Shown here piece after piece: positions 39,588-53,191 of a stretch of 64,000 nt of DNA. The position numbers and the translations under genes were made by a program. Every line of letters begins with the position of its first letter. Positions within the stretch are counted from its first letter, which is position 1. This DNA is from Gammaproteobacteria bacterium. Lineage in GTDB: Bacteria > Pseudomonadota > Gammaproteobacteria > Arenicellales > JAJDZL01. The notes beneath the pieces are model-generated. The model had not been told where the DNA came from, did no database searches, and was given only the letters and a program-made list of their open reading frames with translations. The stretch lies in NCBI GenBank assembly GCA_022823405.1, contig JAJDXD010000096.1:5943-69942 (forward strand), given 5' to 3'.

Positions 39588-41921
39588 ATGGAACAACCGG
39601 CAGCTGAGCCACATTCTGTATCTCCGATTCAGGACCCCGTATGCGGCATGCGAGTGGACCCGGAAAAATCAGAGCATCATTTTATGTACGACAGCGAAAC
39701 CTACTGGTTTTGTTGCCGCGGTTGCCTCGAAAAATTCCAGAAAGATCCCGAAAAGTATCTGAATCCTGACTTCAACGAGGCAGACAGCTACCAATCCGCT
39801 CCGCCCGGCACACAGTTTACCTGCCCTATGCACCCAGAAATTGTTAAGGAAGGACCTGGTGAGTGTCCCAGTTGCGGTATGGCGCTACAGCCAATGGACC
39901 CGCTACTCGCAGCCGATGAACCAAATTACGAGCTGATTGACTTCACAAGACGTTTTCGAATCGGATTGGTGTTTGGCCTGCCAGTACTAATTCTGGCGAT
40001 GGCACCGCATTTTGGAATTCCACTTCACCAGTTCATGGAAGAGCGAACTTCCAATTGGCTTCAACTGCTGCTCGCGTCGCCAGTATTTCTGTGGTGCGGT
40101 TGGCCGTTCCTTCAGCGTGGTTGGTCGTCTGTCAGGAACCGCGCATTGAACATGTTCACTCTTATTGCACTCGGTACCAGCACAGCATATCTCTACAGTT
40201 TGGCGGTTGTGCTGTTTCCAGGCTGGTTTGAAATTGTATTCGGCAACGTAGTGACCAATACTGGTGTTTACTTTGAAGTTTCAGCAGCCATCATTGTCTT
40301 GGTGCTGAACGGGCAGATACTAGAACTAAGAGGGCGCGATAGAACCGGTAAAGCAATTCGCTCTTTGATGAAACTCATGCCGCAGACTGCGATGCGGCTT
40401 ACCAGTTCAGGAGTGCTTGAAGAGGTTGATATTGACCAGGTCCTCGCTGGTGATCGGCTGCGGGTACGCCCAGGCGAAAATATTCCCCTGGATGGTGTTG
40501 TTGTTTACGGTACATCTGAAGTCGATGAATCACTTCTGACAGGAGAATCAATGCCCGTAACAAAGGGTGTCGGTGACGATGTAAGAGCGGGAACACTGAA
40601 CGGTAGCGGTGCGTTTGATTTGCAAGTTGATAGAGTGATGTCCGACACAACGTTGTCACAAATCATTCGTATGGTCGGCAATGCTCAGCTTAGTCGTGCA
40701 CCCATTCAGAGAACCGCCGATGTCGTTGCCGCCTGGTTTGTGCCAATCGTGGTGTCGGTCGCCATCATTGCGTTGATTAGCTGGCTGAGTTGGGGGCCAG
40801 CCGGAGATTTCAGTTTCGCACTGATTGCATTTGTTTCGGTCTTGATCATCGCTTGTCCTTGCGCACTCGGCCTGGCGACTCCAATGTCGATCACGGTTGG
40901 TGTCGGACAGGCAGTGTTGTCTGGAGTTTTGGTCAAAGAAGCTGAGGCACTTGAGGTACTGCCAAAAATTGACGCGTTGATAATTGACAAGACGGGAACA
41001 ATCACCATAGGAAAACCGTCAGTCGTTCATGTCCATTGTCAAGACATTTCAGAAACTAAAGTACTGGCGTACGCCGCTGCAGTTTCGCGCCTGAGTGGTC
41101 ACCCGATTGCAGTCGCAATTGTTGATGAATCGGAGAGGCGAGATGCACAGGTGTACGAAGCAATCGATTTTGAGTCGGTGGCTGGCCAAGGTGTGAAGGC
41201 TCATGTCAATGAACGGATTGTCGCAGTGGGAAGCAGAAGGTTTATGGAATCACTGAACATTCCGAATCTGGACTCCATCGCGACGCTGGAAGACTTACGG
41301 CAGGCCAGTAAATCTGTTGTTTACGTTGCAATAGGAAACAAACTTGCGGCCGCGCTAGAATTGGAAGAAACCATCCGGGTCGATAGTCCAGCCGCGGTCA
41401 GCCAACTGCAGAAGCGTGGTGTGAACGTCATTATGGCGACCGGTGATCGCCAGGCAGCTGCGAAGTCAATTGCAAATAAATGCGGTATCACCGAGGTCTA
41501 CTCTGAACTGTCGCCGCTGGACAAACTGGACCTTGTCAAATCGCTTCAGACAAACGGTAAACTCGTCGCGATGGCGGGTGATGGAATCAATGACGCTCCG
41601 GCTCTGGCTCAGGCGGATGTGGGAATTGCGATGGGTGGTGGTGCAGATGTCGCTATGGAATGTGCCGGCATGACCATTCTAAGTGAAGATCTAAACGCCA
41701 TTGTGCGAGCCCATTCCATCGCCCGGGCTACCATGACCAATGTCAGGCAAAATCTTTTTTTTGCGTTTTGCTACAACGCGGTTGGCGTACCGATCGCCGC
41801 TGGACTGCTCTACCCAGCCTTTGGCATTCTTTTGTCACCCATCTTTGCAGCCGCCGCCATGAGCCTGTCTTCGGTATCGGTAATCGGCAACGCCCTTCGA
41901 TTACGCAGTTTCAGACCTTAA
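39588..41921 (+). CDS. copA: Cu(I)-exporting P1B-type ATPase with N-terminal YHS and TCPMHP domains
   Basis: DPVCGM..FCCRGC (YHS), [43 protein letters not shown] and MSLSS. Confidence 0.92.
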   Translation: MEQPAAEPHSVSPIQDPVCGMRVDPEKSEHHFMYDSETYWFCCRGCLEKFQKDPEKYLNPDFNEADSYQSAPPGTQFTCPMHPEIVKEGPGECPSCGMALQPMDPLLAADEPNYELIDFTRRFRIGLVFGLPVLILAMAPHFGIPLHQFMEERTSNWLQLLLASPVFLWCGWPFLQRGWSSVRNRALNMFTLIALGTSTAYLYSLAVVLFPGWFEIVFGNVVTNTGVYFEVSAAIIVLVLNGQILELRGRDRTGKAIRSLMKLMPQTAMRLTSSGVLEEVDIDQVLAGDRLRVRPGENIPLDGVVVYGTSEVDESLLTGESMPVTKGVGDDVRAGTLNGSGAFDLQVDRVMSDTTLSQIIRMVGNAQLSRAPIQRTADVVAAWFVPIVVSVAIIALISWLSWGPAGDFSFALIAFVSVLIIACPCALGLATPMSITVGVGQAVLSGVLVKEAEALEVLPKIDALIIDKTGTITIGKPSVVHVHCQDISETKVLAYAAAVSRLSGHPIAVAIVDESERRDAQVYEAIDFESVAGQGVKAHVNERIVAVGSRRFMESLNIPNLDSIATLEDLRQASKSVVYVAIGNKLAAALELEETIRVDSPAAVSQLQKRGVNVIMATGDRQAAAKSIANKCGITEVYSELSPLDKLDLVKSLQTNGKLVAMAGDGINDAPALAQADVGIAMGGGADVAMECAGMTILSEDLNAIVRAHSIARATMTNVRQNLFFAFCYNAVGVPIAAGLLYPAFGILLSPIFAAAAMSLSSVSVIGNALRLRSFRP

Positions 41922-41931
41922 ATCAAGTGGG

Positions 41932-43560
41932 CTAGGTTTTGCGACGCGGCCATGCCTCACTCAGACAGACTGCACCAATAAGGATTAGCAGAATTCCGAG
42001 TGGACTGAACCCGCTTATCAGCCATTCGATCATTGGTGCCAGTAGTGCAATGAACCCGATTACCAGAAAAAACAGACTCCGGTACAACTGATTCGCACCA
42101 GTCGATACTCCGGTATTCCTGATACTGCGTTCACGAATCTGCTGATGGTGCATATCAGTAAGCACTGTATGAATCAGTCTTGGCAGGTCGGGGCTGTCGG
42201 CAATCCAGTGAGGGACCTCGTCCTTTATTTTCTTCCCAATGTTGCGCAGCGTATACCTGTTTTTTACCCAGTTTTCCAAAATGGGTCGAACAGTGTCGGG
42301 AATATTGAGTTCCGGATTCAGCATCCGGGTCAAACCTTCAAGGCTCAAGTAGGTTTTCTGAAACAGCATCAATTGAGGCTGAATGACGATGTTGAACTCC
42401 CTTGTCATCAGAAACAGTCGACCCATCAGCGTTCCGAATGACAGTTCACCAACTGGCTGGTCATTGAACGGTTCGCAAATCGTTCGAACCGCGACTTCGA
42501 ACCGCTCAGGGGAAATATCGGGTGGTGCCCAGCCTGAGCGAATATGCGCATTGACCACTTCGCGGTAGTCGCGGTTTAAGATGGCGGTAATGTTTTCAAC
42601 GAGATAGTTGCGATCGAGATTTGAAAGCGATCCGGTAATTCCAAAATCCACAATATTGAGCACTCCGGACTCGGAAACGAACATATTGCCCGGATGAAGA
42701 TCACCATGGAAAAATCCATCCTCAAACACCTGTGTAAAAAACATCTTGACCAGATTTTCTGAGAGTCTGCCAGTGTCAATTCCGGCTTCCTTTAGGGCAT
42801 TAATTTCTCGAATCGGGATGCCGCTAACGCGTTCCATGACCATAACTGAGGAGCGGCTGTAGTTCCAGTAAACGCGCGGCACTTTAAGGAACGCATCATT
42901 GGTGTATTGAACACGGAAGCGATTACAACTTGCAGCCTCAATCGTAAGATCAAGGCTGTCTGTTATTGTCTGTGCATAACTTTGCACCACTTCGACGGGG
43001 TTGTAGTTTTTGGCCCCGGGCAAAATCAATCTAACGATTTTCGCGAATGTCATCATTACCTGGATATCGCGACGAACCTGGACTTCGATACCCGGACGCA
43101 GCACCTTGACAACAACTTCTTCCCCAGATTTTAGAACTGCATTGTGAACCTGCGCCACAGACGCGGATGCAACCGGGACATTATCGAACTGGCTGAACAC
43201 CTCCGAGATCGGTTTGCCAATTGCTTTTTCGATCCTGCTACGAGCCGCCTCGCTGGGAAATGCTTCAACCCTGTCCTGTAGCGGTCGCAACTCTTCGACG
43301 ATATGATCGGGAAATACGTCTGGACGCATGGACATCATTTGTCCGAATTTGATGAAAATTGGCCCAAGATCCTGAAGAGCTTCTCGCAATCTGGCACCAT
43401 ATGGCTTTTGTGGGTCGAAGCTCGGTCTGCCAAATAGCAGATTAACAGCGAATTTGATGATGTGAAATCTCAGATAAGTTTCAAGTTCCTCATCAAGTCC
43501 ATGACGACGCGCGGTCCTGGCGATTTGCAATAACCGTCCAGACTGGGAGAAAAGGTTCAT
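41932..43560 (-). CDS. ubiB: Ubiquinone biosynthesis kinase-like protein UbiB
   Basis: LGPIFIKFGQ, ASASVAQVH, VVKVLRP, FFHGDLHPGN, DFGI. Confidence 0.93.
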   Translation of the reverse strand: MNLFSQSGRLLQIARTARRHGLDEELETYLRFHIIKFAVNLLFGRPSFDPQKPYGARLREALQDLGPIFIKFGQMMSMRPDVFPDHIVEELRPLQDRVEAFPSEAARSRIEKAIGKPISEVFSQFDNVPVASASVAQVHNAVLKSGEEVVVKVLRPGIEVQVRRDIQVMMTFAKIVRLILPGAKNYNPVEVVQSYAQTITDSLDLTIEAASCNRFRVQYTNDAFLKVPRVYWNYSRSSVMVMERVSGIPIREINALKEAGIDTGRLSENLVKMFFTQVFEDGFFHGDLHPGNMFVSESGVLNIVDFGITGSLSNLDRNYLVENITAILNRDYREVVNAHIRSGWAPPDISPERFEVAVRTICEPFNDQPVGELSFGTLMGRLFLMTREFNIVIQPQLMLFQKTYLSLEGLTRMLNPELNIPDTVRPILENWVKNRYTLRNIGKKIKDEVPHWIADSPDLPRLIHTVLTDMHHQQIRERSIRNTGVSTGANQLYRSLFFLVIGFIALLAPMIEWLISGFSPLGILLILIGAVCLSEAWPRRKT

Positions 43561-44189
43561 TCGGCTGTTTGTCTCTCGAGTCGTTCTACGCGTTTTTCAA
43601 GCCGGTCGATTTTGGCTTGCAAACTGTCGACATCATTTACAAATGTCTCAATTCTTCGGTGATCCGGTACTAGATAGTGTTCATCAACGAGTGTTTCTCG
43701 AGTTCGTTCCTGAAGCGTTTCACGGAACTCTGATGCCTGCGCCTTTCCCCAACGAAACAAGTTGCCGGCCTGCCGCGCTGGAATGTCTCCGATTCGCTTC
43801 GACAGTTCATCTTCCCAATCGAATTCAAGATTGGTGAATATCTGATAGAACTGTTGAATCAGATGGACATCGCCTACGATCTTGACTTCTTGGAGAATGG
43901 TTGGATCAAGTTTTCCTCGAGCTAGAAGCTTGACTAGGACTGGTAATGTTGTTTGTACGGCAACATCTTCTGGAATATTGGATTCGCTGTCAATCAGTAC
44001 AGTTTGACCTTCAACTCTCAGGACGAATTGATAATTGAAGTCAGTCAGTTCAAAACGAATGGATTTGCCTTCAAATTGATCGAGTACTTCACGAATTGCG
44101 GGAGATGCATTCGCACCTTGATTAATCGCTTTTGCGAGAGCATCCGAGAACGTTGCTCCGACTAGTTTGAGATATGGATTGCGGATCAT
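43557..44189 (-). CDS. ubiJ: Ubiquinone biosynthesis accessory factor UbiJ
   Basis: SCP2-like N-terminus, DWEDELSKRIGD, C-terminal coiled coil; lies between ubiE and ubiB. Confidence 0.85.
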   Translation of the reverse strand: MIRNPYLKLVGATFSDALAKAINQGANASPAIREVLDQFEGKSIRFELTDFNYQFVLRVEGQTVLIDSESNIPEDVAVQTTLPVLVKLLARGKLDPTILQEVKIVGDVHLIQQFYQIFTNLEFDWEDELSKRIGDIPARQAGNLFRWGKAQASEFRETLQERTRETLVDEHYLVPDHRRIETFVNDVDSLQAKIDRLEKRVERLERQTAE

Positions 44190-44199
44190 GCGATGAAAC

Positions 44200-44961
44200 T
44201 TAAAGTTTCCAAGCCACGTGCATGGCAACAATACCACCCGTGAGGTTGAAGTACTCAACGCGTTCAAATCCCGCTTGAGCCATCATATCAGCCAGAGAAT
44301 CCTGGTCCGGATGCTGACGAATCGACTCAACCAGGTACTGATAACTATCCCGATCGCGCGCAACGACCCGCCCGATTGTGGGTATGACTCTGAACGAATA
44401 TTCGTGGTAGATTTTTTCAAGAAGCGGAATCACCGGTTTGGAAAACTCAAGCACCAGTAGTCGGCTACCTGGCCGCATTACCTGATACATTGATTCAAGT
44501 GCCTGATTTATTCGAGTGACATTTCTTAGTCCAAATGAAATGATGACCCGGTCAAAACTACCCTCGGCAAAGGCCAGATTCTCCGCGTCAGATTGAACGT
44601 AGCTAAAGCGCGCAAGATGACCGTGATCAAGCATTCGGTTGCGGCCGAGTCTAAGCATTGATGAATTAATATCAGTCAGAACAAGCCTGCCGCTCGGTCC
44701 CAGTTTTTTTGCAATTGCGAGGCTTATGTCAGCGGTACCACAGGCGACATCCAAAACTGAGCTGTTGTGTCGAACGCCAAGGTGTAAAACAGCCAATCGC
44801 TTCCAGACCCGATGTACTCCGAATGACATCAGGTCATTCATCAGGTCATAGTTCTCAGCGACCGATTTGAATACCCGTTCTACCAGCTGATCCTTTTCAG
44901 ACTCGATTACCTTTCGAAATCCGAATTGAGTTTGTGCATCCCTTCTATCGTGAGTTTCCAT
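44200..44961 (-). CDS. ubiE: Ubiquinone/menaquinone C-methyltransferase
   Basis: YDLMNDLMSFGVHR, LDVACGTAD, SFGLRNVT, YQYLVESIR. Confidence 0.96.
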   Translation of the reverse strand: METHDRRDAQTQFGFRKVIESEKDQLVERVFKSVAENYDLMNDLMSFGVHRVWKRLAVLHLGVRHNSSVLDVACGTADISLAIAKKLGPSGRLVLTDINSSMLRLGRNRMLDHGHLARFSYVQSDAENLAFAEGSFDRVIISFGLRNVTRINQALESMYQVMRPGSRLLVLEFSKPVIPLLEKIYHEYSFRVIPTIGRVVARDRDSYQYLVESIRQHPDQDSLADMMAQAGFERVEYFNLTGGIVAMHVAWKL

Positions 44962-45341
44962 TATTCGATTCTGTTGTCATCTATCCTGCGTTCATAACCT
45001 GCTGCACTCAGACGATCCAAATAGCTTTGCCAGTACTTTTCCTGATTGATACCGAGTTCATACAGCAGATCCCACGAATAAATTCCAGTGTCATGATTGT
45101 CGTCGAATTTGAAGACGACTGCGTAGTTTCCCACCGGTTCGATCGCCCAGACATTTACGCGCTCCTTACCATACTGGAGTACCTCCTGACCCGGCCCATG
45201 CCCCTGAACCTCGGCTGATGGTGAATAGACTCGAAGATACTCGCAGGGAAACTCAAACGTTTTCCCGTCTTCGAATGAAATTTCGACCACGCGAGACTGC
45301 TTGTGGAGCTTAATCTCTGTGGGCCTGACACGCCTGATCAC
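44961..45341 (-). CDS. DUF971 family protein
   Basis: EYLRVYSPSAEVQGHG, VGNYA..FDDNHDTGIYSW. Confidence 0.9.
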   Translation of the reverse strand: MIRRVRPTEIKLHKQSRVVEISFEDGKTFEFPCEYLRVYSPSAEVQGHGPGQEVLQYGKERVNVWAIEPVGNYAVVFKFDDNHDTGIYSWDLLYELGINQEKYWQSYLDRLSAAGYERRIDDNRIE

Positions 45342-45367
45342 AAGATTCTATTCGGTGAAGTTTGGGT

Positions 45368-47096
<1,729 letters not shown>

Positions 47097-47264
47097 TCCT
47101 CAAAAGCAATGAATTTCATTTTATTCGCAATCCGTCAGCAAATCAGTAATTTGGGAGAAGTGGGATTGTTGAATTAGACTCGATGGGGATTAAGATAGGA
47201 AGGATTTCTTGAAATCTATTAACCAAAGTTGAACACAGAATCTGCAACCTTATAATTTTCCATT

Positions 47265-47627
47265 ATGCTTGATTACACGGAACAGGAATGGCAGGCAGTT
47301 CAGCAGGTGCTAAATGAGCGCTACAAATCGCCCGTCGAGATCCATCTCGCAGACTGTCAGGTTCAACCCGACAAGGAGCGTAATGAACGGGTTGAGCGTC
47401 CTGCAATTTTTTGGAGCGCACTCGATTGCAATTTTGTGCTAATCAAAATGGCAGATGATGAATTTCAGGGTATCTTTTTCTATCAGCCTGACGAACACTT
47501 TGCTAGTGCGCAGCAAACCTATTCGAATGTAGTGAATTGTGTCATTGCACTTTTGCAATCTCAGGTAGACCAGTTTGGTGAGTCTCGAGGATATGTGTCC
47601 GGTGCAACCGCTGCCGATGTCAATTGA
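47265..47627 (+). CDS. Hypothetical protein
   Basis: 120-aa acidic ORF ending 28 bp before the PFK gene; no recognised motif. Confidence 0.7.
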   Translation: MLDYTEQEWQAVQQVLNERYKSPVEIHLADCQVQPDKERNERVERPAIFWSALDCNFVLIKMADDEFQGIFFYQPDEHFASAQQTYSNVVNCVIALLQSQVDQFGESRGYVSGATAADVN

Positions 47628-47655
47628 ACCATATCCATACCTTGCATGATGAGAA

Positions 47656-48927
47656 ATGACTATTAAGGGAAATTTGCTTTACGCCCAATCGGGTGGTGTA
47701 ACTTCTGTGATAAATGTCAGCGCGGCCGCGATTATTGACGCTAGCGCCCAGCATCCTGAAGCCATTGACAGTGTTTACGCTGCCAAGAACGGAATTCTCG
47801 GTGTGCTGAATGAGGAATTGATTGATGTCGGTCGTGAATCGCCCGAAGCAATTCGCGCACTGCGTCATACACCATCAGGTGCATTCGGCTCATGTCGTTA
47901 CAAGTTGCAGGACCCCGATCGTCAGCAGAGAGAGTTCGAACGAATTTTTGAGGTGTTTGAACAGCACAACATCCGACATTTCCTGTACAACGGCGGCGGC
48001 GACTCAGCAGATACCTGTCTCAAACTGGCCTTGCAGGCGAAAGCTCGCAATCTGGAAATGACGGTCAATCACGTTCCCAAAACGGTTGATAACGATCTTC
48101 CCATTACCGATTGCTGCCCAGGTTTTGGATCGGTTGCCAAATATATTGCCATTTCAACCCGCGAGGCCAGCTTCGATGTTGCGGCGATGGCGTTAACCTC
48201 AACCAAGGTTTTTGTGATTGAGGTCATGGGGCGCCACGCTGGCTGGATTGCAGCAGCAGGCGGCTTGGCATCTGATGCTGAAACAGACATTCCGATTGTT
48301 ATTCTTTTTCCAGAAATCCCGTTTGAAAGACAAAAGTTTATGGAACGTGTAAAGACGAGTGTTGAACAGTCGGGCTATGTATCGGTGGTGGTATCAGAGG
48401 GTGCGCGTTACGACGACGGGTCATTTTTAGCAGACCAAGGGACTCGGGATGCGTTCGGACATGCGCAACTAGGTGGCGTAGGGCCAGTTGTTGCCAACAT
48501 GATTAGAGAAGATCTGGGCTTCAAATTTCACTATGCGGTAGCGGATTATCTGCAGCGTTCAGCTCGGCACATTGCATCCAAGACTGATTATGAGCAAGCC
48601 TATGCCTTGGGTAAGCGAGCCGTTGTGTATGCCAGTGAGGGCCGAACCACGCTCATGCCGGCAATTCGAAGGCTGTCGGATGCTCCGTACAAATGGGACA
48701 TCGTACCTGCGGACCTTAATCAAATTGCAAATGTCGAAAAATCACTACCGCGTGATTACATCACGGAAGATGGATACGGCATTACTGAAAAAGCGCGCCG
48801 CTATCTGGCTCCGCTGATAGAGGGTGAAGACTACCCGCCGTATTCCAACGGGATGCCAAAGTATGTTCGCCTCAAGAATGCTCTGGTGCCCAGGAAACTG
48901 CCATCTGACTGGAAAAATGGAGGTTGA
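47656..48927 (+). CDS. pfp: Phosphofructokinase, probably PPi-dependent
   Basis: AQSGG, NGGGDS (Asp) and PKTVDND (Lys) PPi determinants, EVMGRHAGW. Confidence 0.85.
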   Translation: MTIKGNLLYAQSGGVTSVINVSAAAIIDASAQHPEAIDSVYAAKNGILGVLNEELIDVGRESPEAIRALRHTPSGAFGSCRYKLQDPDRQQREFERIFEVFEQHNIRHFLYNGGGDSADTCLKLALQAKARNLEMTVNHVPKTVDNDLPITDCCPGFGSVAKYIAISTREASFDVAAMALTSTKVFVIEVMGRHAGWIAAAGGLASDAETDIPIVILFPEIPFERQKFMERVKTSVEQSGYVSVVVSEGARYDDGSFLADQGTRDAFGHAQLGGVGPVVANMIREDLGFKFHYAVADYLQRSARHIASKTDYEQAYALGKRAVVYASEGRTTLMPAIRRLSDAPYKWDIVPADLNQIANVEKSLPRDYITEDGYGITEKARRYLAPLIEGEDYPPYSNGMPKYVRLKNALVPRKLPSDWKNGG

Positions 48928-49034
48928 GTGTCATGGCGATGACTATAGATCGTGTGTGTGAATCCCTGACTACCTTTTCTGAATGGAACCCAGTAACCCT
49001 TTAAGTTCACTGGGTAACGACTGATGGATGCAAC

Positions 49035-49063
49035 TAGCTGACGCCTGACGAAGGCGCCAGCTA
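49035..49063. terminator. Hairpin between convergent pfp and hppA
   Basis: TAGCTGACGCCT-GACGA-AGGCGCCAGCTA, 12-bp stem with one G.U pair on the minus-strand transcript; no strong U tract. Confidence 0.5.
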
Positions 49064-49089
49064 AATTAGATCGTAATTTGATGGTCAGG

Positions 49090-51090
49090 TTAAAGGAGGG
49101 GTGCGATAACCAGACTGACGATAGCCATCACATTGATGAGAATGTTCATTGATGGGCCGGAAGTATCCTTGAAAGGATCACCAACGGTATCTCCAACGAC
49201 CGTCGCTTTGTGAATATCTGAGCCTTTACCGCCGAGATTACCTCGTTCAACGAACTTTTTTGCATTGTCCCAGGCACCACCGGCATTGGCCATGGTAAGT
49301 GCAAGAAGAACGCATCCGATTAAGGCACCACCAAGCATACCGCCAAGCGCTTCTGCTCCCAGAGGTGAAAACCCAACCACTACAGGTGCCGCCACTGCGA
49401 GGATTCCCGGAGGTACCATTCGCTTGAGAGCTGCCTTTGTAGCGATGTCAACGCAGCGCTCCGTATCAGGCTCTGCCTTACCTTCCAGCAGACCATCAAT
49501 TTCTCGGAACTGGCGACGAATTTCCTTGATCATGTCGAAGGCAGCGTCACCGACTGCAGTCATCGTCATGCTACTGACCAGGAATGGAAATATCCCACCA
49601 AGAAACATACCCGCAAGCACAAGCGGATTGTTGATTTCGAGTGAAAATTCGGGATTGTTGTGCGCAACTGTCTCAATAAAGGCGGTAATAATTGCTAGTG
49701 CTGCCAATGCTGCCGCACCAATTGCAAATCCTTTGCCAATCGCTGCCGTGGTATTACCGAGCGCGTCTAGCGAATCGGTAATTTCTCTGGTCTCCTCTCC
49801 GAGTCCAGCCATTTCGGCGATTCCTCCGGCGTTGTCCGCGACTGGTCCGTAGGCATCAATTGCCATGGTCATTCCGACCGTTGCCAGCATGCCGACTGCA
49901 GCAATTCCAACACCGTAGAGCCCAGCAAGTGAACTTGCCACGTAAATAATGACGCAGAGCATCAGCAGGGGGACAGTAACGGACTGCATGCCAATGGAAA
50001 GCCCATTGATCATGACAGTCGCCGGACCGGTTTCACCACCTTCAGCAATCTTGCGAATGGGTTTGCCAGCTGTATAGTATTCAGTTACAAGGCCGATAAC
50101 AATGCCACCGACTGCACCAACAAGCACTGAACCCCAAACTACCAAACTGACGCCAACCCACGCAATTACTGCGGCAGCTGCGGCAATAAAGATGACTGAC
50201 GCGCCGACCGTACCAATTCTGAGTGCAACTTCAGCCGATTTACTGGTAAAAACCCGAACCAAAATGATGCCGAGCATGGAGCAGATGATTCCTGTAGATG
50301 CAAGTGCCAGCGGTAGAAACATCAAAACATTTTGCGCGCCGATTTCGTTGTCGCCAAGAGTTGCAGCAATCGCAATGGTAGCGATCATTGATCCACAGTA
50401 GGATTCGAAAATATCAGAGCCCATGCCTGCGACATCACCTACGTTGTCACCAACATTGTCCGCAATAACGCCAGGATTCCTTGGATCGTCTTCAGGTATG
50501 CCAGCCTCAACTTTTCCAACGAGGTCGGCACCGACATCGGCACTCTTGGTAAAAATGCCTCCACCTACACGAGAAAAAAGTGCTACCGACGATGCACCCA
50601 TTCCAAATCCGTGTATCGCATGGGCATGTTCTGGATCAGAACCGAAGTAAAGATAAAGCAGACCCAATCCGAAAAGTCCCATGGCTGCCACGGTAAGACC
50701 CATGATTGAACCGCCATAAAACGCAACAGTTAGTGCTTCCGATGCACCACGAGTATTCGCTGCGGTTGTGGTTCTAACATTCGTTTTGGTGGCGGTGTAC
50801 ATACCAATGTAACCGGCGCTACCGGAACAAAAGGCACCGAGCAAAAACGCGTACATGGTATTGAGCCCAAGATCTGAAAGTGCGATTAGCACCGCAACGA
50901 CGATGACAAATACCGCGAGAATGGTGTATTCACGTCGCATGAACACCATTGCGCCTTTATGGATCGCATCCGAAATCTCTACGACTTTCCCTTCTCCGAC
51001 GGGGTAGCGCTTGATTATGGTGAAAATGATAAATGCGGCTACCAGTCCCAGAATTCCGAGTGTAACAGGAATCCAACTCCCTGCAATCAT
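49090..51090 (-). CDS. hppA: Membrane-bound ion-translocating pyrophosphatase, K+-dependent (likely Na+-PPase)
   Basis: [28 protein letters not shown] (Ala = K+-dependent), [14 protein letters not shown]. Confidence 0.93.
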   Translation of the reverse strand: MIAGSWIPVTLGILGLVAAFIIFTIIKRYPVGEGKVVEISDAIHKGAMVFMRREYTILAVFVIVVAVLIALSDLGLNTMYAFLLGAFCSGSAGYIGMYTATKTNVRTTTAANTRGASEALTVAFYGGSIMGLTVAAMGLFGLGLLYLYFGSDPEHAHAIHGFGMGASSVALFSRVGGGIFTKSADVGADLVGKVEAGIPEDDPRNPGVIADNVGDNVGDVAGMGSDIFESYCGSMIATIAIAATLGDNEIGAQNVLMFLPLALASTGIICSMLGIILVRVFTSKSAEVALRIGTVGASVIFIAAAAAVIAWVGVSLVVWGSVLVGAVGGIVIGLVTEYYTAGKPIRKIAEGGETGPATVMINGLSIGMQSVTVPLLMLCVIIYVASSLAGLYGVGIAAVGMLATVGMTMAIDAYGPVADNAGGIAEMAGLGEETREITDSLDALGNTTAAIGKGFAIGAAALAALAIITAFIETVAHNNPEFSLEINNPLVLAGMFLGGIFPFLVSSMTMTAVGDAAFDMIKEIRRQFREIDGLLEGKAEPDTERCVDIATKAALKRMVPPGILAVAAPVVVGFSPLGAEALGGMLGGALIGCVLLALTMANAGGAWDNAKKFVERGNLGGKGSDIHKATVVGDTVGDPFKDTSGPSMNILINVMAIVSLVIAPLL

Positions 51091-51394
51091 GATAGTCTCC
51101 CCAAAAATGTATGAAATGACACCACTATGTGCACCGATGATCGGCGAATTAATTCATTACTGAATAGATTCTCAGTAGTGGTTGGCGTGATAATTTTCTG
51201 CCAAATTGAATTGATTTGGATGTGCTGTCAGACAGAATTTCGTTGAATAAAACACATCGTGCATGAAAGTAAATACAAAATGCAATATTTTACATTCAAT
51301 TGGTGCCTATGTTGCAGTGCAATATGAGACATCATTATTACTGTTGGTTATCCTGTTTCTGAGAGAGTAAATCAAATTGAGCGGTAATTTATGC

Positions 51395-53155
51395 CTAGAG
51401 CGTTTTGTTTTGACGTCTCGTTCTCTCAGCCTCATCCCAAGCCAGAAGTGGTTGATAATTTGGTACGAAACCTAGCCCTTTTCGTGAATCGGAGGATACA
51501 GCCTCCTGTGAGGTAACTACATCAATGACTGCTGGTGCATTCTCCAGCCCTCGAGTAATGGCGCCAGCAAGTTCATTCGGATCCTCGACCCTTTCACCAT
51601 AGGCACCGAGGCCGCGCGCCATTACTGCATAATCGCAGTGGCTCAGCAGTGTTCCTACGATTCGACCTCCGTAGTTGATGTCTTGATCAATTCGTTCGAT
51701 GTTCCAAGCGGCATTGTTTGAAATGATAAATACAGCTTTCGCGCCATGACGGACTGCTGTGTCAATCTCCATTGCATTTAATCCAAATGACCCGTCTCCG
51801 TTTACAGATATCACCTGGCGGTCTGGATAGAGCAACGCTGCAGCGACTCCAAATGGTACACCCACTCCAAGACAGCCGAACGCTCCAGAATCCAGATACG
51901 TTCGCGCTTGAAGACCAATTCGAGCGAAGCTCAAAAGATCCCCACCATCAGCGATACCGATGTAATCCGGGTCTGCGACTTCCTTAATCGCCTCAAATAT
52001 CGCCATTGGATGAATTTTTCCATCCGCTTCAAGTGCTGGGGGTGCGTTTTTCTGACCTTGAGCAATTCGCTCGCGATGTTTGGTGCGAAGTGTATCCAGC
52101 CAGTTCGTATCGCGAGCTCCCTGGTCATTTCCCAGCTCATCGACGATCGCGTCAAGGGTAAGGGCTACGTCAGCAAGAATTTCGGGTGATCCTCGTCGAT
52201 TATCAATCAGTTCGCTAGCATTGTCTGCAATTCGTAGGAATTGAGCATTCGGAAATGCTGCCGGTGATCCGAAACCGAGTTGGTAATCAAGTTTGCGGCC
52301 AAGCGTAATCACGAGGTCAGCTTGAGCCATGGCAGCGCCTCGCACTGCACCGGCTACCGATGCATGGTCCGCCGGTATCAGTCCGCGGCTTTCCTGGGTG
52401 TCAAGATATAGCGCGTCAACGGTATTAAGGAAACGTAGCAACGATTCGTCCGCATTGCGTGCACCCCGTCCGCTGACGACGAGTGGGCGCTTCGCGGTTC
52501 GTATGACAGCAATTGCATCTGTGACTCTTTCAGGGTCGGGCAGGAGACGGCGTGGTGGAGTGGGGTTTAACCAGTCCTTGAGAATAAGATTCGGATTTAC
52601 AGATTGACGCAAAACGTCCGGTGGAAATTCAATATAGGCGGGACCAGGTTCACCGGCATCACCGTTTGCTCTCGCAATCGCATTATTCAGTTCCCTAATC
52701 GCCTGATCTGCTACTCTGGCAGTGTTTGAATAGCGCGTAATCGGTTGCATTATCTCTGTGTGTGATATTTCCTGAAGCCCTCCCATGTTCGCTTGCATCG
52801 TGGTAGGACACCCCCCGATTAGAAGCACCGGTATCCGTGAGAGATAAGCATTTGCGATTGCAGTTACAGTATTCGTGACTCCGGGACCGGCTGTTGCCAG
52901 CGCAACACCCAGACAGCCAGTCAGTTCAGAGTGAGCGTGAGCCATATGTACAGCGGCGCGCTCATCTCGAACATCAATTATTTGAATTCCTTCCTGGGCG
53001 ACACGATCCCAGAGTGGCTGAATATGTCCACCCTGAAGTCCGTACAACCGATTCACACCACGCTTTTTCAGTAAGCATGCGATCCATGCGGCAACGCTTG
53101 TTTTGTCAGCATTCAAGTCCAGTCGTTGCGGATTACTGGTTGAAGTACCTGTCAC
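51395..53155 (-). CDS. ThDP-dependent 2-hydroxyacyl-CoA lyase-like enzyme
   Basis: GLQGGHIQP, RDERAAVHMA, GDGSFG..NN ThDP motif, WNIER, C-terminal KGLGFVPNYQ lid. Confidence 0.8.
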   Translation of the reverse strand: MTGTSTSNPQRLDLNADKTSVAAWIACLLKKRGVNRLYGLQGGHIQPLWDRVAQEGIQIIDVRDERAAVHMAHAHSELTGCLGVALATAGPGVTNTVTAIANAYLSRIPVLLIGGCPTTMQANMGGLQEISHTEIMQPITRYSNTARVADQAIRELNNAIARANGDAGEPGPAYIEFPPDVLRQSVNPNLILKDWLNPTPPRRLLPDPERVTDAIAVIRTAKRPLVVSGRGARNADESLLRFLNTVDALYLDTQESRGLIPADHASVAGAVRGAAMAQADLVITLGRKLDYQLGFGSPAAFPNAQFLRIADNASELIDNRRGSPEILADVALTLDAIVDELGNDQGARDTNWLDTLRTKHRERIAQGQKNAPPALEADGKIHPMAIFEAIKEVADPDYIGIADGGDLLSFARIGLQARTYLDSGAFGCLGVGVPFGVAAALLYPDRQVISVNGDGSFGLNAMEIDTAVRHGAKAVFIISNNAAWNIERIDQDINYGGRIVGTLLSHCDYAVMARGLGAYGERVEDPNELAGAITRGLENAPAVIDVVTSQEAVSSDSRKGLGFVPNYQPLLAWDEAERTRRQNKTL

Positions 53156-53191
53156 TTCTTCTCTCCTGTCGAATCGAATTCAGTCTAAGGT

